A stretch of DNA of 64,000 nucleotides from Comamonas sp. (GTDB lineage: Bacteria > Pseudomonadota > Gammaproteobacteria > Burkholderiales > Burkholderiaceae_C), in assembly GCA_036667955.1 (NCBI GenBank), contig JAVWTB010000011.1, positions 85,045-149,044 on the forward strand, read 5' to 3'. The position numbers and the translations under genes are program-made. The notes beneath the pieces were generated by a model. The model was not told the DNA's origin. It did not search any database and worked only from the letters and a program-made list of their open reading frames with translations. The first letter of the stretch is position 1; every line of letters starts with the position of its first letter. Below are positions 56,483 to 64,000 of this stretch, one piece after another.

Positions 56483-57739
56483 ATGCAGATTCCCTATGAA
56501 TTGGCGCTGGGCTGGCGCTACACCCGGGCAGGTCGGGCGACCCGGCGCAACGGGTTTATTTCGTTCATCTCGGGCGTGTCCATGCTGGGCATTGCCTTGG
56601 GGGTGGCGGCCTTGATCATCGTGCTGTCGGTGATGAATGGTTTTCAAAAAGAGGTGCGCGACCGCATGCTCAGCGTGGTCTCGCATATCGAGATCTTCAC
56701 GCCCGGTGGCGATGCCTTGCCCGATGTGGCACGTACCATCGCCGAGGCCAAGGCCAACCCGAATGTGATCGGCGCGGCACCCTTTGTCTCAGCCCAGGCG
56801 CTGGTGGCACGCGGCGAGGATATGCGCGGCGCTCTGCTGCGCGGTATCGACCCGGCGCTGGAGCCTGAGGTCACCGATATGACCACTGGCATCGATCAAA
56901 GCAGTTTGCAGGCGCTCACACCGGGCAGCTTCAATGTCGTGCTGGGCTCGGAGCTGGCACGCATTCTGGGCGTCGGCCAGGGCGACCAGGTCACCCTGAT
57001 CGTGCCCAGCGGCCAAGTGACGCCAGCGGGCACCGTGCCCCGCCTCAAGCAGATGCAAGTGGTAGGCACCTTCAACTCCGGTCACTACGAGTACGACTCC
57101 AGCCTGGTGCTGATGCACCATGAGGATGCCGAACGCCTGTTCCGCCTGGAAGGCCCCACGGGCGTGCGCCTCAAGCTCAAAGACCTGCACCAGGCCCCCG
57201 AGGTCACCCAGCAGCTGGCCCACAGCCTGAGCGGCCACCTGCTGATCCGCGACTGGACGCAGCAGAACAAGACCTGGTTTGCCGCCGTGCAGGTCGAAAA
57301 ACGCATGATGTTCATCATCCTGACCCTGATCGTCGCGGTGGCCGCATTCAACCTGGTGACCACCTTGGTGATGACCGTGACCGACAAGCGGGCCGATATC
57401 GCCATCCTGCGCACCCTGGGCGCCAGCCCGCGCAGCATCATGGGCGTGTTTGTGGTGCAGGGGGCGCTGGTCGGCGTGATCGGCACCCTGGTTGGCCTGG
57501 GCCTGGGCCTGCTGATTGCCTGCAATATCGATGTGATCGTGCCCGCGATCGAGCGCGCACTGCACACCAGCTTCCTGCCCAAGGACATCTACCTGATCAG
57601 CCAAATGCCCAGCGAGCCCCAGCGCAGCGACATCGTGCCGATCACCGTCATTTCCCTGATTCTGGCCTTTGTGGCCACCCTGTACCCCAGCTGGCGTGCC
57701 AGCCGCGTGAACCCGGCGGAGGCACTGCGCTATGAATGA
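56483..57739 (+). CDS. lolC: Lipoprotein-releasing ABC transporter permease LolC/E
   Basis: [45 protein letters not shown]. Confidence 0.95.
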   Translation: MQIPYELALGWRYTRAGRATRRNGFISFISGVSMLGIALGVAALIIVLSVMNGFQKEVRDRMLSVVSHIEIFTPGGDALPDVARTIAEAKANPNVIGAAPFVSAQALVARGEDMRGALLRGIDPALEPEVTDMTTGIDQSSLQALTPGSFNVVLGSELARILGVGQGDQVTLIVPSGQVTPAGTVPRLKQMQVVGTFNSGHYEYDSSLVLMHHEDAERLFRLEGPTGVRLKLKDLHQAPEVTQQLAHSLSGHLLIRDWTQQNKTWFAAVQVEKRMMFIILTLIVAVAAFNLVTTLVMTVTDKRADIAILRTLGASPRSIMGVFVVQGALVGVIGTLVGLGLGLLIACNIDVIVPAIERALHTSFLPKDIYLISQMPSEPQRSDIVPITVISLILAFVATLYPSWRASRVNPAEALRYE

Positions 57740-58415
57740 TTCGTCGATTGTGTTGGAGGCCTCGGGCCTGACCAAGCGCTTTACCGAAGGCCTGCTCGAT
57801 GTCGAGGTGCTCCATGGCATCGACCTGACTGTGCGTGCGGGCGAAACCCTGGCCATCGTCGGCGCCTCCGGCTCGGGCAAATCCACCTTGCTGCACCTGC
57901 TCGGCGGGCTGGATGCCCCCAGCAGCGGCACGGTCAGCCTGCATGGCCAGCGGCTCGATACCTTAAGCGCCACCCGCCAGGGTGAGTTGCGCAACCAGCA
58001 CCTGGGCTTTATCTACCAGTTTCACCACCTGCTGCCTGAGTTCAGTGCGCTGGACAACGTGGCGATGCCGCTGCGCATCCGCCGCCTGCCCTATGCCGAA
58101 TGCGCCGAGCGCGCGCGCGAGGTGCTGGCCTCGGTGGGTCTCAAGGACCGCGTGCTGCACCGCCCGGCCGAGCTGTCCGGCGGCGAGCGCCAGCGCGTGG
58201 CCATTGCGCGTGCGCTGGTCACCCAGCCCGCCTGCGTGCTGGCCGATGAGCCCACCGGCAACCTGGACCGCGCCACGGCAGACACCGTGTTTGCGCTGAT
58301 GCTGCAATTGGCGCGCGACCGCGGCACCGCCTTTGTCATGGTCACCCATGATGGCGAGCTGGCCCAGCGCTGCGACCGTGCCGTGCGCATGGTGAACGGG
58401 CAGTTCGAAGGTTAA
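57732..58415 (+). CDS. lolD: Lipoprotein-releasing ABC transporter ATP-binding protein
   Basis: [43 protein letters not shown]. Confidence 0.96.
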   Translation: MNDSSIVLEASGLTKRFTEGLLDVEVLHGIDLTVRAGETLAIVGASGSGKSTLLHLLGGLDAPSSGTVSLHGQRLDTLSATRQGELRNQHLGFIYQFHHLLPEFSALDNVAMPLRIRRLPYAECAERAREVLASVGLKDRVLHRPAELSGGERQRVAIARALVTQPACVLADEPTGNLDRATADTVFALMLQLARDRGTAFVMVTHDGELAQRCDRAVRMVNGQFEG

Positions 58416-58432
58416 CAACGCCTCCGATCCGC

Positions 58433-59305
58433 ATGCCATTCTGGATTGACACCCACTGCCACTGGGATGCCCCGGAGTTCGATGCCGACCGCGATGCCTT
58501 GCGCGCGGACGCGCAGGCGGCCGGGGTCGCGCACTGCGTGATTCCAGCGGTGGAGCGCAGCAACTGGGCCACCGTGCGCGATCTGGCCCATCGCTGGGGC
58601 GACAGCTATGCGCTGGGCATCCATCCGCTCTACACCGGGCGCGCGGCTGAAGACGACATCGGCGCCTTGGCCACCATGCTCGAAGCCTGCCGCGATGACC
58701 CGCGTCTGGTGGCCATTGGTGAGATTGGTCTGGATTTTTTTGTACCAGGGCTGGATGCCGAGCGCCAGACCTGGTTTTACGAGCAGCAGCTGCAACTGGC
58801 GCGCCGCTTTGATCTGCCCGTCATCCTGCATGTGCGCCGCTCGTCCGACCAGCTGCTGCGCGCGCTGCGCCGCTGGCCGGTGCAAGGGGGCATAGCGCAT
58901 GCCTTCAACGGCAGCCTGCAGCAGGCGCAGCAGTTTATCGAACGCGGCTTTGCGCTGGGTTTTGGTGGCGCCGTCACCTATGAGCGCGCGCTGCACCTGC
59001 GCCGCCTGCTGCAACAGCTGCCGATGGAGGCCATCGTTGTCGAGACCGATGCGCCCGATATTCCGCCGCACTGGCTCTACACCACGGCCGAGCAGCGCGA
59101 CGCCGGCCAGGCCCAGGGACGCAACCAGCCGGCGGAGATTCCGCGCATCGCCCAGGTGATGGTGGCACTGCGGGCCGAGGCGCATCCGGACGAGGCCTTG
59201 ACGGCTGTGGACTGGCAGTTGGCCACCAGCACCAACTCCGCCAGGGTGTTGCCCCGGCTGGGGCCCTTGCTGCCCGCTGCCGTTGAGGGCGCTCAGCATG
59301 GCTGA
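58433..59305 (+). CDS. TatD family deoxyribonuclease
   Basis: IDTHCH, GIHP, GEIGLD, ILHVR, HAF, ETDAP. Confidence 0.95.
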   Translation: MPFWIDTHCHWDAPEFDADRDALRADAQAAGVAHCVIPAVERSNWATVRDLAHRWGDSYALGIHPLYTGRAAEDDIGALATMLEACRDDPRLVAIGEIGLDFFVPGLDAERQTWFYEQQLQLARRFDLPVILHVRRSSDQLLRALRRWPVQGGIAHAFNGSLQQAQQFIERGFALGFGGAVTYERALHLRRLLQQLPMEAIVVETDAPDIPPHWLYTTAEQRDAGQAQGRNQPAEIPRIAQVMVALRAEAHPDEALTAVDWQLATSTNSARVLPRLGPLLPAAVEGAQHG

Positions 59306-59804
59306 TGCATTGCTCTGCGGGCTGGCGCCTGTTGTGGGGCCGGGCACCCAAGTGCTGATCCTCGGCAGCTTCCCCGGCGTGCAATCCTTGCAATTGCAGC
59401 AGTACTATGCCCATCCGCGCAACCATATGTGGCCGCTGCTGGCGGTGCTGTGGCCCGAGCAGCCGCAACCCACGGCTTATGCCGAGCGCTGCGCCTGGCT
59501 GCTGGATAGGGGCCTGGGTTTGTGGGATGTGTATGCCGCCTGCGAGCGCGAAGGCAGCCTGGACACGAGCATCCGCAACGCCCAGCTCAATGATTTTGTG
59601 GCGCTCAAGCAGCAATGCCCGCAACTGGTGGCCGCTGCGCACAACGGTGGCGAAAGCTTTCGCCATGCGGCCAAGGTGCAGGCCGTTTTGGGCTTGCCCA
59701 GCTACCGGTTGCCATCGAGCAGCCCGGCCAATGCCTCCTGGAGCTTTGAGCGCAAGCTGGCTGGCTGGCGCGAGGTGATGCAGCAGGCGGGCCTGCTGCG
59801 CTGA
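59298..59804 (+). CDS. DNA-deoxyinosine glycosylase (UDG superfamily)
   Basis: LILGSFPG..SL..QQYYAHPRN, LWDV, LPSSSPANA. Confidence 0.92.
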   Translation: MADALLCGLAPVVGPGTQVLILGSFPGVQSLQLQQYYAHPRNHMWPLLAVLWPEQPQPTAYAERCAWLLDRGLGLWDVYAACEREGSLDTSIRNAQLNDFVALKQQCPQLVAAAHNGGESFRHAAKVQAVLGLPSYRLPSSSPANASWSFERKLAGWREVMQQAGLLR

Positions 59805-59888
59805 ATGCGTCGGTGGCAAGTTGCCAACTGCGGGACTTGCGGGCAGTAGTACGGCGACCAGGATGACAACGGCCGATAATCCCACCCC

Positions 59889-60671
59889 ATGACGACGAAA
59901 AGAAAATCTCCGCAGGCAGCCGAGCCGCTGCCCGAGGTCACCATCTCCGACTACGACGGCACCCGCTACCTGCACCTGGGAACGCCCTGGGTGCAAGGCT
60001 CGATGCGCATCAAAAAGCCTTTCGACATCGACCTGGAATATGTGCAGCGCATGATGGCCTGGCTGCTGCTGGTGGACTGGCCCACCGTGCCCGAGCGCCG
60101 GGCCATGCAGCTGGGCCTGGGCTCGGCGGCCGCTACCAAGTTCTGTACCCAGAAGCTGGGCATAGCGACCACAGCCGTGGAGCTGAACCCGCAGGTCATC
60201 ACCGTGTGCCGCCAGTGGTTCAAGCTGCCACCTGACAGCGACAAACTGCAAGTGGTGCTGGGCGATGCGGGTGTTGAGATCCAGAAGACCCCGTACCTGC
60301 AGACGGTGGATGCCCTGCAGGTGGACCTGTATGACCACGAGGCCGCCGCCCCGGTGCTCGACAGCCCCGACTTCTACCAGCATTGCCGCAATCTGCTGAC
60401 CGAGGACGGCTGCATGACCGTCAACCTGTTTGGCCGCACCAACAGCTATGCCCGCAGCCTCGCCCACATCCAGGAGGCTTTTGGCGCCGAGGCGGTCTGG
60501 CGCTTTGCAGCGACGAAAGAGGGCAATACCGTCGTGCTGGCCCAGCGCAACGCCAGCCGCCCCAGCCGCGAGCTGCTCAGCCAGCGGGCGGACCTGGTGC
60601 AGCAGCAGACCGGCTTGCCGGCGCTCAAGTGGTTAAAGGTTTTTAAACCTGTGCAGCCGCTGCTGGACTGA
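59889..60671 (+). CDS. Spermidine-synthase-like SAM-dependent methyltransferase
   Basis: LHLGTPWVQG, LEYVQRMM, QLGLG, VELNP, LQVDLYD. Confidence 0.85.
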   Translation: MTTKRKSPQAAEPLPEVTISDYDGTRYLHLGTPWVQGSMRIKKPFDIDLEYVQRMMAWLLLVDWPTVPERRAMQLGLGSAAATKFCTQKLGIATTAVELNPQVITVCRQWFKLPPDSDKLQVVLGDAGVEIQKTPYLQTVDALQVDLYDHEAAAPVLDSPDFYQHCRNLLTEDGCMTVNLFGRTNSYARSLAHIQEAFGAEAVWRFAATKEGNTVVLAQRNASRPSRELLSQRADLVQQQTGLPALKWLKVFKPVQPLLD

Positions 60672-60740
60672 CTTTACGCAGCGCGGCGCGGTCATTCAGG
60701 TATAAAGCCAGAAGCTAAAAAAAATACCGAGGGAATCACC

Positions 60741-62780
60741 ATGGCAGCGCCTGATCAGCCAAGCAAGCAGCACAAGAGCCGGGGCGATGCCTTGTCCGGC
60801 GATACGCCCACCAGGAGCCGCAGCGCCAGCAGCGCTGGTGGCGCGGCCCCGTCCGGGGCGTCGGCACCCATCCGGCGCTCGGCGATCTTTGTGCCTGGCA
60901 ACGTCGAAGACGGTCCTGCGCCGTCCAAGCCCAGCGCCCCTGCCTCGGTCCCATCAACGCCCAGCGGACCAGGCCCCGCCACCGTGCCGCCAGCGCGCAG
61001 CGGCCTGCCTGCGCTGATGCAGCGCCCGCTGGATCTGACCCAGATCATCAACTGGCTGCAGACCGATGGCTGGATCAGCCCCGAGCTGGCCCAGGCGACC
61101 ATCAACCGCTGCAGCCATGCGGCCAGCAGCCAGCACCCCATCGTGCGCCTGGCCAGTGTGGTGGTGCCACGCCAGCTGGACGGCAAGGCGCTGGATGTGG
61201 AGCTGCTCACCGAGTTTGTCGCCAAACACTGCGGCCTGCCTTACTACAAGATTGACCCACTCAAGGTCGATGCCGCCAAGGTGGCCGAGACCATGGGCGC
61301 GCCCTATGCGCAGCGCCACGGCATCCTGCCGGTGCAGGTCACCGCCCAGGAAGTGGTGATTGCAGTCAAGGAGCCCTGGATTGACGAATGGGTCAGCGAA
61401 GTGGAGCGCCAGGCGCGGCGCAAGGTACGCCGGGTGCTGGCCAATCCCAAGGACATTGACCGCTACCGCAGCGAGTTCTTTGCGCTGGCCCGGTCGGTCA
61501 AGGCGGCCAGCAAACTGAGCGGCTCGCTCAGCTCGTTGGGCAACTTCGAGCAGCTGGTCGACCTCAGCAACAGCAACCAGCAGTTTGACGCGAATGACCA
61601 GGGCATCATCCGCCTGGTGGACTGGCTGTGGCAGTTTGCGTTTGCGCAGCGCGCCAGCGATATCCACCTGGAGCCCCGCCGCGAACAAGCGGTGATCCGT
61701 TTCCGCATTGACGGTGTGCTGCACAAGGTCTACCAGATGCCACTGGGCGTGCACAACGCCATCGTCTCGCGCGTCAAGCTGCTGGGCCGCATTGACGTGG
61801 TCGAAAAGCGCCGCCCGCAAGATGGCCGCATCAAGACCCGCAACACCTTGGGCGATGAGGTGGAAATGCGCTTGTCCACCTTGCCCACCGCCTTTGGCGA
61901 GAAGATGGTGATGCGTATTTTTGACCCAGAAAACACCGTCAAAGATCTGTCGGCCCTGGGCTTTACCGCGCACGATGCGCAGCGCTGGGAGCAATTGGTG
62001 GTGCGGCCCCATGGCATCATTTTGGTCACCGGCCCCACCGGCTCGGGCAAGACCACCACCTTGTATTCCACCTTGAAGCGCCTGGCCACCGAAGAGGTCA
62101 ACGTCTCGACCGTGGAGGACCCGATCGAAATGATTGAGCCGGCCTTCAACCAGACCCAGGTGCAGCCGGCACTCGACTTTAGTTTTGTTGAAGGGCTGCG
62201 CGCGCTGATGCGTCAGGACCCGGACATCATCATGGTCGGTGAAATCCGCGATCTGGAAACCGCCGAAATGGCGGTGCAGTCTGCGCTGACGGGCCACTTG
62301 GTTTTCTCCACCTTGCACACCAACGATGCGCCCAGCGCCATCAGCCGACTGATGGAGCTGGGCGTGCCGCCGTACCTGATCAATGCCACCTTGCTGGGCG
62401 TGCTGGCACAGCGCCTGGTGCGCACCTTGTGCCCGCAGTGCAAGCAGCCCGATGAGGAGGCATCCACCGACGCGCTGACCACCGCCATCCAGCCCTGGAA
62501 GATCAAGCGCGAATACCGGCCCTACAAACCGGTGGGCTGCGAAGAGTGCCGCGACACTGGCTTTCGCGGCCGCATGGGCCTGTACGAGCTGCTCACTGTC
62601 TCCGAAGCGCTCAAGGACCAGGTGCATGCCTCGCCGTCGATGTCGGTGCTGCGCCGCCAGGCCGTCAAGGACGGCATGCATCCCTTGCGCCTGGCCGGCG
62701 CCTTGCGCGTGTCGGAGGGCCTCACCACCATCGAAGAGGTGATGGCCAACACGCCGCCCATCGAGATGGGCGACCGCTAA
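60741..62780 (+). CDS. GspE/PulE/PilB family ATPase (orphan)
   Basis: ASDIHLEP, RRPQDG, GPTGSGKT, RQDPDIIMVGEIRD, STLHTN, CPQC/CEEC zinc motif. Confidence 0.95.
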   Translation: MAAPDQPSKQHKSRGDALSGDTPTRSRSASSAGGAAPSGASAPIRRSAIFVPGNVEDGPAPSKPSAPASVPSTPSGPGPATVPPARSGLPALMQRPLDLTQIINWLQTDGWISPELAQATINRCSHAASSQHPIVRLASVVVPRQLDGKALDVELLTEFVAKHCGLPYYKIDPLKVDAAKVAETMGAPYAQRHGILPVQVTAQEVVIAVKEPWIDEWVSEVERQARRKVRRVLANPKDIDRYRSEFFALARSVKAASKLSGSLSSLGNFEQLVDLSNSNQQFDANDQGIIRLVDWLWQFAFAQRASDIHLEPRREQAVIRFRIDGVLHKVYQMPLGVHNAIVSRVKLLGRIDVVEKRRPQDGRIKTRNTLGDEVEMRLSTLPTAFGEKMVMRIFDPENTVKDLSALGFTAHDAQRWEQLVVRPHGIILVTGPTGSGKTTTLYSTLKRLATEEVNVSTVEDPIEMIEPAFNQTQVQPALDFSFVEGLRALMRQDPDIIMVGEIRDLETAEMAVQSALTGHLVFSTLHTNDAPSAISRLMELGVPPYLINATLLGVLAQRLVRTLCPQCKQPDEEASTDALTTAIQPWKIKREYRPYKPVGCEECRDTGFRGRMGLYELLTVSEALKDQVHASPSMSVLRRQAVKDGMHPLRLAGALRVSEGLTTIEEVMANTPPIEMGDR

Positions 62781-63035
62781 AAGACCGCGGCAACGTCCAT
62801 CGCCCGCAGGGCATGGAGGCGTTGCGCCGGCAGGGACTTACCCTTGTCACTCCGCCCGCGTCAGGGGCAGGCCATCCTGCGCAAACCCGCGCCAGGCTTG
62901 GGTTTTGGCCGCTTGAGAGCCTGGCATGCCCTAGGGGTTTTCCTGTGTGCAATCGTAAGTGGAATCCACATCAGTCAGCTGGCTGTCAGCGTTGACAATG
63001 CATGGCATCCCTAAAATTGTTTGGAGACAAAGTTA

Positions 63036-63524
63036 ATGAAGCTCAAAAGCCAAAAAGACTTTTGGGCGGGCATGATGTACATGGCAGTGGGTATTGGGTT
63101 CGCCGTAGGCGCCCAGAACTACTCGATCGGTACAGGTGCTCGCATGGGTCCGGGGTATTTCCCGTTGATTCTTGGCGTCTTGCTGACGCTGATTGGCGCT
63201 GCGGTGGCCTTCAAAGGCCTCAGTGCAGGTCCCGCTGATGGGGACCCTATCGGCAAATGGGCATGGCGGCAGGTGTTCTTCATCTTGCTGGCCAACTTTG
63301 CCTTCGGCATCTTGCTTGTGGGCGTGCCCAGCATCGGCATTCCCGCCATGGGCCTGATTGTTGCGATCTACGCACTGGTCTTCATCGCCAGCCTGGCCAG
63401 CCAGGAATTTCATGCCAAGTCAGTCTTCGTGTTGGCCACTGTCCTGGCCATTGGCAGCTACGTCGCATTCGTGTGGGCACTGAACCTTCAGTTCCCCGTG
63501 TGGCCCAGCTTTATTACCGGATAA
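63036..63524 (+). CDS. tctB: Tripartite tricarboxylate transporter small membrane subunit
   Basis: KDFWAG, GTGARMGPGYFP; 4-5 TM; precedes tctA. Confidence 0.92.
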   Translation: MKLKSQKDFWAGMMYMAVGIGFAVGAQNYSIGTGARMGPGYFPLILGVLLTLIGAAVAFKGLSAGPADGDPIGKWAWRQVFFILLANFAFGILLVGVPSIGIPAMGLIVAIYALVFIASLASQEFHAKSVFVLATVLAIGSYVAFVWALNLQFPVWPSFITG

Positions 63525-63536
63525 GGGGCCAGGACC

Positions 63537-64000
63537 ATGGAATTATTTGACAATTTGGCCATCGGCTTCGGTGTTGCCTTTACCTTTCAAAACCTGATTT
63601 ACTGCTTTGTCGGCTGTCTGTTGGGTACCTTGATTGGCGTGCTGCCTGGCATTGGCCCCGTGGCCACCATCGCCATGCTGCTGCCTGCTACCTACGCACT
63701 GCCACCCGTGGCGGCGCTGATCATGCTGGCTGGTATTTACTATGGCGCCCAGTACGGCGGCTCCACCACCGCTATCTTGGTGAACCTGCCGGGAGAATCC
63801 TCCTCGGTGGTGACCGTGATTGACGGCTACCAGATGGCCCGAAAAGGGCGCGCTGGGCCGGCACTGGCGGCTGCGGGCATTGGCTCGTTCTTCGCTGGCT
63901 GCGTGGGCACCATCATCTTGGCTGCCTTTGCACCTCCGCTGACCGAAGTGGCCTTCATGTTCGGCCCTGCCGAGTACTTCTCGCTGATGACCCTGGGCCT
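63537..64000 (+). CDS. tctA: Tripartite tricarboxylate transporter large permease (partial, runs off the window)
   Basis: GTLIGVLPGIGP.ATIAMLLP, YYGAQYGGSTTAIL.NLPGE, DGYQMA. Confidence 0.96.
   Translation, partial: MELFDNLAIGFGVAFTFQNLIYCFVGCLLGTLIGVLPGIGPVATIAMLLPATYALPPVAALIMLAGIYYGAQYGGSTTAILVNLPGESSSVVTVIDGYQMARKGRAGPALAAAGIGSFFAGCVGTIILAAFAPPLTEVAFMFGPAEYFSLMTLG

Noticed and set aside
1-64000. CRISPR arrays, tRNA/rRNA genes, IS elements, integrases, prophage or defence genes
   Set aside because: No regularly spaced repeats, cloverleaf/T-loop motifs, transposase or phage ORFs were recognised

Overview
GC-rich betaproteobacterial chromosome segment, most likely Comamonadaceae/Comamonas-like (inferred from gene order, Bug/TctC proteins and IPTL-CTERM proteins). 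I found no rRNA, tRNA, IS element, prophage or CRISPR array. From 1 to about 29.3 kb the window is accessory. It holds an LLM/CMD/AhpD oxidoreductase operon, a WG-repeat::TctC fusion gene, and an acyl-CoA-dehydrogenase-like gene with a nitrate/sulfonate-type ABC transporter. It also has a REC-AraC regulator and dCache histidine kinase divergent from a cluster of three IPTL-CTERM-type surface proteins, ltrA/SDR/LysR/LysE genes, a lone FHA protein and an ECF sigma/anti-sigma/lipoprotein triad. A small gene behind a LexA box and a TetR-Bug-amidase unit with a frameshifted amidase close this part. From about 29.4 to 64 kb the window is mostly core: greB, spoT, rpoZ, gmk, yicC, Ser/Thr kinase, PP2C, rdgB, hemW, MFS, a CHASE2 kinase/LysM-FecR/OmpR triad, trpS, S2P, yciO-like, PHP, a probable D-amino-acid uptake/racemase/oxidase cluster, recJ, lolC/E-lolD, TatD, a UDG-family glycosylase, a spermidine-synthase-like gene, an orphan GspE/PilB ATPase and tctB-tctA. 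Best leads: (1) the two-component system facing the IPTL-CTERM surface-protein cluster, (2) the WG-repeat::TctC fusion, (3) SpoT with eroded synthetase motifs, (4) the SOS-box-controlled small protein, (5) an unannotated 57-aa ORF opposite the FHA gene, (6) rph missing from its usual position. All family assignments come from motif recognition by eye; no searches were run.
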